From: a virus
IMG/VR virus record: IMGVR_UViG_3300034355_001150
Location: 25,767-89,766 of that record
DNA length: 64,000 nt
Reading direction: 5' to 3' (one strand)
Shown here in pieces: positions 9,578-19,800 of this stretch. The notes beneath the pieces were generated by a model. It saw only the letters and a program-made list of their open reading frames with translations, was not told where the DNA came from and searched no databases. The stretch's first letter is position 1; every line of letters begins with the position of its first letter. The position numbers were made by a program, and so were the translations under genes.

Positions 9578-11161
9578 ATGTCAGCTTTTGAACAGCTAAC
9601 AGTGGGGTCGGCGGCGCTACCGCCGTCGGGCTCTACCGCATATGGTGTGTCTAACCAAAACAATGCAAATATGTTTCTACCGAATAGCGTTGCTAATTTC
9701 AACAACTTGCTGCCGCTCACTGGTGATTTTTGTTGGGAGATGTGGTGCTCCATAGACGGCCTTGGTGGACAGATGTTCAGTTTTGGCAATTTGCCTGGTT
9801 ATCAGTTTGGTGTTAGTTTTTATCAACCTGGAGACGGTACAGCGGCATTGTCATTCCTAGTGGGCGGCGGGCAAGGACCGGATACCTACTACTATGCTCC
9901 AGCAAGTAACTACGCAGGAGCAGGATGGATGCATCTTGCTTTTGCTCGCAGCGGAACAACAGTGAGCACATGGGTCAATGGGGTGTTATCAGCACGACTA
10001 TCTGGCTTCACTGGTACAATTGATTCTTCTGTTTCTACGACCTTATGGATATTTGGTGGTCCAGTTGGCGACCGAGACGAGACTTATGGTTATAGCACGT
10101 CCGGCAGCTGGCGTAATCTAAGATATGTCATCGGTGATTCTGTGTATGGCACTAGTAATTCGTTTGTCCCGCCCCCTGTAAGTGAAAATATACCGGTTAT
10201 CACCGGGACCCAGTATATTTGGTGGTTGAATCCTACAAGCGACATTCCGGATCATAGCACTTTTAACTATGATCCTCGTACTCCTGATTATACTGCGGAT
10301 GCAGCATGGTTGTGGACTAGTGGAACTGGTGCATCAAACGGTACCCAGCCAGCTAAGATGCCGTTCGTATTCCCAGGCGGTGACCCTGCGTTTCCGATTA
10401 CTAATTACGGACAGATTTTGGGTAGAGGGAGTTTCACAAACATGGGTACGGCACCTAACCAGCCTATTATCACTAGCGTCGGTCCCGCTGTTCCTGGTTT
10501 TTGGGCCAACACTGTGGGCGATTTTACAGCGACGGGCACTAATGTTCGCATATACAACGCTGGAGCACAAACGCTTTCACCTGGTCAACAGAGTTGCATT
10601 TATATCCTATATTTCTATGTCCCTGGTAACATAACCAACGAATGCAAAAATTTATTAGTAACAGAAGCAGCAAACGGATTTGTGCTTAACATTGGTAGAA
10701 CTGGATACGGATTAGATTGGGTATCTATTGAAACGTACGAAGGCACTGAGTTGGCATATGGTGCGCACGTATGGGCTCGTAACGCTTGGAATTATTTGGT
10801 AGTACAGCGGCTGTGTCAACCATTCTACTCCGCTTACAACTTTGCTGTTTGGGGCGGATGGGCTGGTGCCAGTATGGTTCCCAAGATACCAATGTATGAC
10901 GCTGGATTCGCATCCTATTCGTTTGCAGGCAGCACCCAACCTTTCTCTATAGGATGTAAAGCTGGGTCAAGCGTGTCGTGTCAATTGTATCTCAGTGAGA
11001 TTTGGACGTGGATCGGTAATTACGCACCAGAATTCTATGACTTTGATGCTCCGTTTATATCTCAACAGACGGTCGCTCCATTTGTTAACTACGCCGATGC
11101 TGCCCTTGGTATGATCTTTGACGGAGCAAACGGCAGTACTACATTTAATCAGTTATTATAA
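9578..11161 (+). CDS. LamG/concanavalin-A-like domain virion protein (527 aa, probably two lectin domains)
   Basis: TGDFCWEMW, WMHLAFARSGTTVSTWVNG, WRNLRY and terminal FDGANGSTTF motifs typical of phage LamG-like domains. Starts 2 nt after the fibre gene stop. Confidence 0.7.
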   Translation: MSAFEQLTVGSAALPPSGSTAYGVSNQNNANMFLPNSVANFNNLLPLTGDFCWEMWCSIDGLGGQMFSFGNLPGYQFGVSFYQPGDGTAALSFLVGGGQGPDTYYYAPASNYAGAGWMHLAFARSGTTVSTWVNGVLSARLSGFTGTIDSSVSTTLWIFGGPVGDRDETYGYSTSGSWRNLRYVIGDSVYGTSNSFVPPPVSENIPVITGTQYIWWLNPTSDIPDHSTFNYDPRTPDYTADAAWLWTSGTGASNGTQPAKMPFVFPGGDPAFPITNYGQILGRGSFTNMGTAPNQPIITSVGPAVPGFWANTVGDFTATGTNVRIYNAGAQTLSPGQQSCIYILYFYVPGNITNECKNLLVTEAANGFVLNIGRTGYGLDWVSIETYEGTELAYGAHVWARNAWNYLVVQRLCQPFYSAYNFAVWGGWAGASMVPKIPMYDAGFASYSFAGSTQPFSIGCKAGSSVSCQLYLSEIWTWIGNYAPEFYDFDAPFISQQTVAPFVNYADAALGMIFDGANGSTTFNQLL

Positions 11162-11162
11162 T

Positions 11163-11912
11163 ATGAATCCCAATTACTTTTACGACCTAAAATATATCAG
11201 TCCATATCGGTTTTACATCTTTGAGTATTCAAAGTTGGACCCTGAACAGAAGGTGGATTTTTCTGTTTATTACGACGAGGGTATGATAGAGGCAGGCTTC
11301 TTTAATGATGAGAGTCTTGCTCTGCTTGACCAATACCGTGCTGTCCCTGCTCCCTACTCTTCGTACCCAAGTTTGGCACTTGAGTTTGATTGTGGTTCTA
11401 AAACTCCTGCATTCTTTACCAGACTACAGTTTAGAGCATTCAGAGCAGAAGAGACAATGGCTGGGTTGGCGTCTATTCTTGGTGTTTCTACACCTGCACT
11501 ACCCGTAGTCAATTCTCCAGCGGAATACGACGAAGTAGGCATTTATCCCGAAAGAAATCGCAATCAATTCAAGTTTGCCGTTCGCGGTCATGGCCAAGCG
11601 TTGAAGGATTTTGCTGACCTTCACGGCTGTAATAACACCGATGTAATAATGAGCGTGGATCATCCACCAATGAACACAGCGGTCAACTTCAATTGGGATG
11701 GCGAAAGGATGTCACATTTCACATTCTCTGCACCAGATTTAGGAGTGAATGACGAATGGGTTCAGCATGTCACTGAACACAATGCCGCTAAATGTGCTGA
11801 GTATTTTGGCGAGCGTGAATATAATATTCAACGTGTTGTGAAAATGTCAATAGGCACAGATTTGCCCGATGGGTACTTGAAGGCTTACTTCATTGTTAGA
11901 GCATCAAAATAA
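11163..11912 (+). CDS. Hypothetical protein (probable start MNPNYF at 11163)
   Basis: Fills the gap between LamG genes. ATG lies immediately after the preceding stop. No family recognised. Confidence 0.65.
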   Translation: MNPNYFYDLKYISPYRFYIFEYSKLDPEQKVDFSVYYDEGMIEAGFFNDESLALLDQYRAVPAPYSSYPSLALEFDCGSKTPAFFTRLQFRAFRAEETMAGLASILGVSTPALPVVNSPAEYDEVGIYPERNRNQFKFAVRGHGQALKDFADLHGCNNTDVIMSVDHPPMNTAVNFNWDGERMSHFTFSAPDLGVNDEWVQHVTEHNAAKCAEYFGEREYNIQRVVKMSIGTDLPDGYLKAYFIVRASK

Positions 11913-11918
11913 ACGATT

Positions 11919-12650
11919 ATGTCAATTACAGTAGAGTCAGGTATTACAGTTCAGAACGGAATCGTCATGGGCGATATACCGATTATCAGTGCTGGTGCCA
12001 ATACTCACACTATTGTCGCCAACACTAATGCTAGGATGTCAACCGCTCAAGCTAAGTTTGGAACAGCATCATACACAAGTAACTCTACAGCAGGTTATTT
12101 GCGTATCACTCCCTTTTCAGATTTTGTTTGGGGAACAGGTGATTTCACGATGGAAATGTGGCTTCGTCCTACATCGGTGACCTCAGCCTACACGTTGGTT
12201 GGATTTCGTCCAGCGAGTACAGAAGGTCTATTTCCTAATATATACGTAAATAACAACAATACAGTAAATTGGTATATTGCGACTGGCAACAGAATAACAT
12301 CTGCTCTTGGCATTCTGACCTTGAATGATTGGAACTCTATTGCGGTTGTTCGGTTATCGGGCAATACCAAGCTATACGTAAATGGCACCCAAACTGGTTC
12401 AACCTACGTTGATAACAATAACTACCAAGCTGGAGCGTGTATCATCGGGGCTAATGATTTTCAAAACGGTACCAGTTTGTTCGTACAAGGCAATCTGGAT
12501 GAAATCAGATTCAGTAATGTAGCAAGATACTCTGGCAATTACACGCCTGCTACTGGTCAATTTTGGCCAGATACTTTTACTCGGTTGTTGCTCCATTGTG
12601 ATGGTGCCAACAACAGCACATCTTTTACAGACTCAAGTAGCGCAGTATGA
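11919..12650 (+). CDS. LamG-like jellyroll lectin protein, paralog 1
   Basis: STAQAKFGT, WGTGDFTMEMW, GNLDEIRFSNVARYSGNYTP and LLLHCDGANNSTSF motifs. Confidence 0.8.
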   Translation: MSITVESGITVQNGIVMGDIPIISAGANTHTIVANTNARMSTAQAKFGTASYTSNSTAGYLRITPFSDFVWGTGDFTMEMWLRPTSVTSAYTLVGFRPASTEGLFPNIYVNNNNTVNWYIATGNRITSALGILTLNDWNSIAVVRLSGNTKLYVNGTQTGSTYVDNNNYQAGACIIGANDFQNGTSLFVQGNLDEIRFSNVARYSGNYTPATGQFWPDTFTRLLLHCDGANNSTSFTDSSSAV

Positions 12651-13378
12651 CAATAACGATTGAATCCGGAATAACAATAGCACCAGGTATTGCCATAGGA
12701 GATATACCTGTCTTTTCAAGCGGGGGTGGATTGACTCACACTGTCACTCCTGTCGGACAGGCTCAGGTATCAACCGCCCAAGCCAAGTTTGGAACAGGCT
12801 CATATACATCCAACAACTTGAGTGGTTACTTGCGTGTAAATCCTTTTTCGGATTTTGCTTGGGGCACCGGTAATTTTACTATGGAGTTTTGGTACAGACC
12901 AGTGGCATTCTCAACAGCATCCACGCTGATTGGGTTGAGGCCAGCATCAAACGAAGGCGCATATCCGGTCATTTTTATCAATACTAACTCCTCAGTCGGC
13001 TATTATGTAAGCGCAGTAACTCGGATAACTTCTGCGACCACTGTGATTACGGCGAACACTTGGAACTCTATTGCTGTTGTTCGTTCCGCTGGCAACACTA
13101 GGATGTACATCAATGGAAACCAAAGTGGCAGTACGTTCGTAGATTCTTTCAACTATCAAGCGGGCAACTGTATCATAGCAGGAAATGATTTTACGCTCGG
13201 ATCTGCTCCTATACTCGGCAACATGGATGAAATCAGATTGAGCAACATTGCCAGATATACTGCCAACTATACACCAGCTACCTCTGCTTTCACGACAGAT
13301 AATTACACTAAATTATTGATTCACTGCGATGGAACCAATGGCAGTAATGTTTTTGTTGATATGAGCAGTGCTATATGA
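12647..13378 (+). CDS. LamG-like jellyroll lectin protein, paralog 2
   Basis: Same motifs as paralog 1, with ATGA stop/start overlap. Confidence 0.8.
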   Translation: MTITIESGITIAPGIAIGDIPVFSSGGGLTHTVTPVGQAQVSTAQAKFGTGSYTSNNLSGYLRVNPFSDFAWGTGNFTMEFWYRPVAFSTASTLIGLRPASNEGAYPVIFINTNSSVGYYVSAVTRITSATTVITANTWNSIAVVRSAGNTRMYINGNQSGSTFVDSFNYQAGNCIIAGNDFTLGSAPILGNMDEIRLSNIARYTANYTPATSAFTTDNYTKLLIHCDGTNGSNVFVDMSSAI

Positions 13379-14091
13379 CGTTTGAAATACAACAAGGAAT
13401 AACTATCGGACAAGGTATCTACTTGGGAGATATGCCAGCATTCAGGACACCAAAAACTATTAGCGTTATTCAACAAGGAAGAATATCAGATGCTCAAGTA
13501 AAATTCGGCACCGGTTCATTGTCAAATAACGGCAATCTTGGTGGTATCAGAGCTACACCTACTACTGATTTCGCTTTTGGAACAAATGACTTTACTATTG
13601 AGTATTGGTACTATCCTACCAGTTTCACAGATTCTTTAGGCGTAGATATGAGGCCGGCAGCTACACAAGGAGCATACCCACTCGTTGGCCCACGAGCAAC
13701 TGGTTCAACTATCTACTATGTGTCGGCTACTACCAGAATCACTTCTTCCACGACAGCAACGCCACTGAATCAATGGTCGTCGGTATCGGTGGTTCGGTAT
13801 CAAGGTAATACCAATTTGTATATCAACGGCGTTCAAGAAGGAGTAACATACGTTGATAATAACAACTACATCGCAGGTAACTGCACGATGGGATGTAATG
13901 GATACGATGGCAACGCTGGTACCTTTCCTCTCAAGGGTTATTTAGACGAGATACGCATTAGCAATGTAGCGAGATATACCGCTAACTACACTCCTGCTGC
14001 TCAGGCATTCGTAAATGATCCTTACACTTTGCTATTATTGCATTGCGATGGTGCTAATGCCAGTCCGACATTTACGGATACTTGGTTTTAA
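13375..14091 (+). CDS. LamG-like jellyroll lectin protein, paralog 3
   Basis: Same motifs (FGTNDFTIEYW, GYLDEIRISNVARYTANYTP), with ATGA overlap. Confidence 0.8.
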   Translation: MTFEIQQGITIGQGIYLGDMPAFRTPKTISVIQQGRISDAQVKFGTGSLSNNGNLGGIRATPTTDFAFGTNDFTIEYWYYPTSFTDSLGVDMRPAATQGAYPLVGPRATGSTIYYVSATTRITSSTTATPLNQWSSVSVVRYQGNTNLYINGVQEGVTYVDNNNYIAGNCTMGCNGYDGNAGTFPLKGYLDEIRISNVARYTANYTPAAQAFVNDPYTLLLLHCDGANASPTFTDTWF

Positions 14092-14112
14092 AAACAATTA
14101 TGCGAATTAAAA

Positions 14113-14120
14113 GATAAATA
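14113..14120 (+). promoter_or_regulatory. Putative late promoter box GATAAATA
   Basis: Lies ~20 nt upstream of the GAGGA RBS/ATG of 14142. Confidence 0.55.
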
Positions 14121-14141
14121 CTACTAACAAACGAGGATCAC

Positions 14142-15071
14142 ATGAAAATTAGCGATGTAATAAGAAATATCAGTGATATGGTAGACTCCACTCCAACCGA
14201 AAGGTCAAGTGGTGACAATACCAGCAAATTCACGGCATTTACTGGCGATTTAACTTTAGTTGAACTACCAGATGGTGAGGATGAAAAACGAAGAGAACCC
14301 GGCAAGATGCCTTCGGGCAATGATGAAATGCCGGAAGACCTTTATCTTCCACCGCTTCAATTAAAATCTGAACTATTGAAGAAAGCAGTAGATGTTGAAA
14401 ACGTTTTTGATGACGGCACTCCGGCTGTACGCTACAACGAAGAATATGGTGATGAGGGATGGCATGGCGATGATAACGATCATAGTTATATCGGTGCTCC
14501 TCAAACTGCTGAAGAAGTGGATGGACAACCTGATCCTAATGAAACCACCGATGGTTCTGATTCTGGCAAGCGTTCTAAACCAAGAGCAGATTCCGATGAT
14601 TCGGACGATGATGATTCGGACGACGATGAAGAACGTGAACGCGCTGATGAATCTTTGAATCGCATCCTTGAACTTGCTTTAGTAAAGGAATCAAACTATC
14701 ATGATTCTAAGTTCGTGGACAGGACTGAACGTCTTGAACGTCTAATGGCTCTTGATAAACGCACAGGTGAGTCAATTGATCGTATTCTTGAACTGGCTCT
14801 GGTAAAGGAATCAAACTATCACGATTCTATCGTTGAGTGGAGCGAGGATGACAACGAGGATCCGGATGTTGCCAAAGCAGACAGAGAGTTATCTCGCTTA
14901 GGCAAGACCTCTATCAAAGCAGCCAACATAGACACTGACAAAGATAAACTTGACGACAAGGAGGAAGAGCAGTTAGACGAGGAAGTCAAGGAAATGAATC
15001 GTATGCGTGAACTGGCCGGGTTGAACCCAGCAGTATTGTTCGCGCTCGGCGACGATGATTACCCGGTGTAA
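14142..15071 (+). CDS. Highly acidic protein, possibly a head-internal/core protein
   Basis: D/E-rich. Internal 120-bp-spaced duplication (RILELALVKESNYHDS twice) and a C-terminal RMRELAGL motif. Late box upstream. Confidence 0.6.
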   Translation: MKISDVIRNISDMVDSTPTERSSGDNTSKFTAFTGDLTLVELPDGEDEKRREPGKMPSGNDEMPEDLYLPPLQLKSELLKKAVDVENVFDDGTPAVRYNEEYGDEGWHGDDNDHSYIGAPQTAEEVDGQPDPNETTDGSDSGKRSKPRADSDDSDDDDSDDDEERERADESLNRILELALVKESNYHDSKFVDRTERLERLMALDKRTGESIDRILELALVKESNYHDSIVEWSEDDNEDPDVAKADRELSRLGKTSIKAANIDTDKDKLDDKEEEQLDEEVKEMNRMRELAGLNPAVLFALGDDDYPV

Positions 15072-15085
15072 TACCACCGCTTGAC

Positions 15086-15120
15086 AAATATTAAAAGCCC
15101 CTTCGGGGCTTTTAATATTT
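15086..15120. terminator. Bidirectional intrinsic terminator
   Basis: AAATATTAAAAGCCC-CTTCG-GGGCTTTTAATATTT, a perfect inverted repeat between convergent genes. Confidence 0.85.
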
Positions 15121-15127
15121 TACACCG

Positions 15128-16240
15128 CTAAATTTGTGGCGGCCAATTCTTTTTACGGTTACCAGCAATCTCCCCAGTTAACCATCTGGGATCATCTTTG
15201 GTTGTCCTAAACATATTACCTTGCAAATCCTTCACAACCATAGTATCTTTGGCGTGTCCAACCATTTCTCCTGAAATCCATCTTGGATCATCTGCGTTGA
15301 TGTGGTGAATGACGCCATGTTCATCTCTTGCTTTTATGGTACCATTGGTGGTACTAACTAACTCACCCGATAGCCGTCGTGGATCATCTATTGCTATATG
15401 GTGGACTTTGCCGTTCTGATCTTTAGCAGGCATCATGCCTTTAGTGGTGCCGAATAGTTCTCCTGATAACCATTCAGGGTCATCTTTGCCGACGACACGA
15501 ACCCTTCCGTTTTTATCTCTTGTCGCCACTTTTCCAGTCGAGATACTAACCAATTCACCCGACAAACGCCGAGGATCATCCATACTGATACGATAAATGT
15601 TTCCGTCTTTATCTTTAGCTGGCATCATACCTTTATTGATTCCGACTAATTCACCCGACAAACGCCGAGGATCATCCATATTGATATGATAAATGTTTCC
15701 ATCTTTATCTTTAGCTGGCATCATTCCTTTAAAAATATGCATAATATTACCAGTCTGTATTCTCGGGTCATCTATTGATACTCGCATTAAGTTTCCGTCT
15801 TTATCTTTAGCTGGCATCATACCTTTATTGATTCCGACTAATTCACCCGACAAACGACGTGGATCATCAAGTGATACAAAATAGACAAACCCATCTTTAT
15901 CACACACAGATACCTTTCCAGTAACATAACACTTGTAACAATCAGATTTATTTAACCACTTATCATCGGCAACCACTTTAAGTCGACGCAAAACTTTATG
16001 CTCCCACAGTACTGCGTCATCTGGCGTAGAGAAGCCTTGGCGTCTGATCTGAATGATATCAGGATCACCGTGTTGTTCTCGGAACTTGGCTACATACTTG
16101 CTCGACGTCTGGTATTTAACCCAGAATAAGCCGGGATCGGCATCTTTTCCATACTTGCTTCCATAATACCAAACATTTAGCCAGGACCAGCCGATCAGGT
16201 AGGTATAGTAAATAGGTGTTTTTAATTTTTTGGTTGCCAT
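15128..16240 (-). CDS. Putative free-standing homing endonuclease (GIY-YIG/Seg-like N-terminus plus eight 32-aa repeats)
   Basis: YYTYLIGW...WYYGSKY...YQTSSKYV...WEHKVL...WLNK resembles a GIY-YIG-type domain. The C-terminus has eight G-x-x-x-(A/V)KDKDG..DDPRxLSGEL repeats. The gene is antisense within a late structural block. Confidence 0.65.
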   Translation of the reverse strand: MATKKLKTPIYYTYLIGWSWLNVWYYGSKYGKDADPGLFWVKYQTSSKYVAKFREQHGDPDIIQIRRQGFSTPDDAVLWEHKVLRRLKVVADDKWLNKSDCYKCYVTGKVSVCDKDGFVYFVSLDDPRRLSGELVGINKGMMPAKDKDGNLMRVSIDDPRIQTGNIMHIFKGMMPAKDKDGNIYHINMDDPRRLSGELVGINKGMMPAKDKDGNIYRISMDDPRRLSGELVSISTGKVATRDKNGRVRVVGKDDPEWLSGELFGTTKGMMPAKDQNGKVHHIAIDDPRRLSGELVSTTNGTIKARDEHGVIHHINADDPRWISGEMVGHAKDTMVVKDLQGNMFRTTKDDPRWLTGEIAGNRKKNWPPQI

Positions 16241-16452
16241 TGATTATCTCCTTTGTTGGTTATGGCAACGCCGATAGAAGATAGTTCAACGCTAAGGTAT
16301 AATAGATAAATAATCATTGCTGATGTCCTTCTGCGACGTTAGAACCGATGGATACTTGCAATATCGTGATCGGTATTTCTATTTATCTAATTCCTGCCAG
16401 TTTACAGTATTTGACGACAAAGCATAAATACAATCAACAACGGAGCAAGATA

Positions 16453-16755
16453 ATGGCTGAAACGGAAGACTGGATTCAAAGACTTTACACATCACGAGAT
16501 AACAACAATCCTGGTGCTAATTACATAGGCCAAGAGGGACGTTTATTCTATCGCCCCGACGACAACACCATACGAGTCAGCGATGGTGTTACTCCCGGTG
16601 GTATCATTGTTAGCGGTGGCGGTGGTGGCATTGGTAAAACACAAATTGACGGTGGTGCAGCAGATTCCGTTTATCTTGACGCCGATCAAGTAAACGGTGG
16701 TTCTGCCGCCAGCGTGTATACACCAAGTCAAGTTATCAATGGTGGTTTTGCTTAA
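16453..16755 (+). CDS. Small virion-associated protein (start MAETEDW)
   Basis: CATAAATA box at 16423-16430 and GGAG RBS. The YIGQEGRLFY...IRVSDGVTPGG motif resembles fibre-attachment N-terminal domains. Confidence 0.6.
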   Translation: MAETEDWIQRLYTSRDNNNPGANYIGQEGRLFYRPDDNTIRVSDGVTPGGIIVSGGGGGIGKTQIDGGAADSVYLDADQVNGGSAASVYTPSQVINGGFA

Positions 16756-16777
16756 ACTCATCAATCATTTAACAGCA

Positions 16778-16807
16778 ATAACCTCGATTTATTCGGGGTT
16801 ATTTTTT
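16778..16807 (+). terminator. Intrinsic terminator
   Basis: AATAACCTCGA-TTTAT-TCGGGGTTATT hairpin followed by a T-run. Confidence 0.7.
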
Positions 16808-16884
16808 GCCCGAATTATTATATCATGAATCAATCTCACATAAAAAGATAAATACATCATACTTCTTTTTAATAGGTAACATCA

Positions 16885-19800
16885 ATGGCATCAGAAATTC
16901 AATTACGCAGAGACACGTCCAATAACTGGATAGCTATCAATCCACTGCTTGCTCAAGGCGAGATCGGTATCGATTTAACAACAAATCAGATAAAGATAGG
17001 CACAGGGGTAGATAACTGGGTGGACCTTCCCTACTTCGGTGGCGGAAATGGCACTGGTGGCTATGGCAATTCAAATGTTGAAGCATTCTTAGCATCAGCG
17101 AGAGTGAGCAACATCATTCCGGACGGAAATGCGATCTATTCATTAGGCAATGCTACGAATCAATGGAAGGATTTATGGATCAGTAGTAATACAATCTACA
17201 TGAATACCATTCCTATCAGTTTAACCAACACAAATGATTTAACCGTAAATGGCAATCCTGTTGTAACTGCCAATTCTGCTGCCAATGGTGCTACTAATGT
17301 CAATGCAATCTCTGTATCGGGTAATCTATCGGCTCAAGAAGCTACAATTGCTAATACAACTATCAGCAATGGCAATATTACTGCTAATTATTTTATTGGT
17401 GATGGTAGTCTATTAACTGGTTTACCCGCTGGTTATGCCAACTCTGATGCTGCCAATTATTTTGCAAGTGGTAATGTTACCACCAATGTTATTACTAGCG
17501 GAAATATCGCTGCCGGTTACTTTATTGGCGATGGTAGCCAATTAACTGGTTTACCTGCTGGTTATGCCAATTCTAATGTCGCTGACTATTTTGCAAGTGG
17601 TAATGTTACCACCGATGTTATTACTAGCGGCAATGTAACTGCAAATTATTTCTTGGGCAACATTGCTTTTGCTTCAGGGGGTTACAGCAATACCGATGTT
17701 GCTGCCTATTTGGCCAACAATACTGGCGGTGAAATTGTTAGTAATGTTATTGTTAGTAACACTGTAACTACTACTGATATCATAGCAAATGGAGAAATTT
17801 CAACTACTGGCGTTGTCATCTCTAACGGCAATATCACCATTGGTGAAACGCTAACAAGTAATTCTGTCGTGAGCAATATTTTCGTGGGTGGTGATTTTAG
17901 CGGAGATGGTGGCAATCTATCCAATATCCAATATTCATCAATAGTTGGCGCTTACGGAGATAGCAACGTAGCTCTTTATCTTGAGAGCGGCAACCTATCA
18001 ACGGAGATTGTTAGCACTAATAGTATTACGGCTGCTCAGTTTTTCGGAGACGGGTATAATCTATCTAATTTAAATCTTGCAAATGCAACAGGCGGTTATG
18101 GCAATAGTGATGTTGCTAATTATCTTCCAACGGATTCCACTATCATTGCAATCAATAGCAATATAGCAAATACAGATGCTAATGTAGCCAATATTATTGT
18201 TGATATTGCTAACACCAATGCAAACGTAGCTAACACAGACTCCAATGTAGCCAATATTATTGTTGATATCGCTAATACTAACAGCAATGTAGCTAACATT
18301 GTTATTGATATTGCTAACACCAATGCAAACGTAGCTAACACAGACTCCAATGTAGCCAATATCATTGTTGATATCGCTAATACTAACAGCAATGTAGCCA
18401 ATACCGATTCTAATGTAGCTAATATCGTTCTGAACATCGCTAATACTAATGCGAACGTAGCGAATACCGATAGTAATGTAGCTAATATTATCCTAAGTAT
18501 TGCAAATACCAATGCAAATGTAACTAATGTCAGTGCCAATGTAGCCAATACCGATTCTAATGTAGCCAATATTATTGTTGATATCGCTAATACTAACAGC
18601 AATGTAGCCAATACCGACAGCAATGTAGCCAACAATGCTTCTAATATTCTTACACTACAAGGTCAAGTTTATTCAAACGTAAATGCTGCCGCGTATCTCG
18701 CCAATGCAAATACACAAGGAACAATCTACTCTGGTGATTTAACTATTGGCGCGGGTAATACTCTTGCCTTTGCCGAAGGTGGCTCAGTTGATTCTGTTAC
18801 TGCCGCTGGATTTGAAGGCACTCTGACTATTAACGGCAAAGCCAATAGAGGTATCTCTGTTACTGCCGGTGGTACTGTACCGGGTGCAAGTTATTCTCAG
18901 TTACAGTGGGTAGAAGATATCGCCAATTATGACCCTTATGGCGCACCTAATTCTATCACGAACTGGGTTTATGTCCAAAATGACGGTATCTATCTTCAGA
19001 ATATTGATACGCTAAACTCACCCGGATATGATTATCTATGGAAGTTTGCCGTTGATGGCAATCTAACATCACCTGGTAACATCATCAATGATGGTGATAT
19101 CTATGCAAATGCTTATTACGGCGATGGTGGATTCTTATCTAACATCACTAGCAGTTATCAAGATGCTAATGTAGTTGCATTGTTACAAAGTGGCAATATC
19201 TCTACTCCGATTGTTACTACTAATGCTATTACAGGCAATACAGTGACAAGCACCAGCACAATTACGGCTGTTGATGCAAATATCGCCAACACAGTAATAG
19301 CTAATCTATTCATCGGTGACTTCCAAGGTAATATCTCTGGTAATCTATCTGTTCCGGGTGCTAATACTCAGGTACTATTCAATGATAATGACGTGGCTGG
19401 TGCTGATGTTGGATTTACATATGATTCTGCTACCAAAACGGCCACAGTGGGCAACACCGTTGCTGCTGTTAATGTCGTTACAAGCGGACAAGTATTCTCT
19501 ACGGGCAATATCACAAGTAATTCAACTGTTATCGCTAACACATTAAGTGTAGGTGCAAATAGTATCGCTATCGTTGATAATTTAATCAAGACAGCCTCCC
19601 AAACGATCACCATTGATCCAATCGGCGATGGTTCGGCGGCAGGTAATGTGGTGATTCAAGGCAACCTACAAGTTACTGGTAACTTAACATACGTTGATGT
19701 ATCTACTGCTGTTACGAGTAACCTACTATGGCAAGCGGCCAATTCCGCTAATAGTCAAAGCGAAGCGTCGGGTGGTGGTTTAGCAGTTGGTCCCGGCAAT

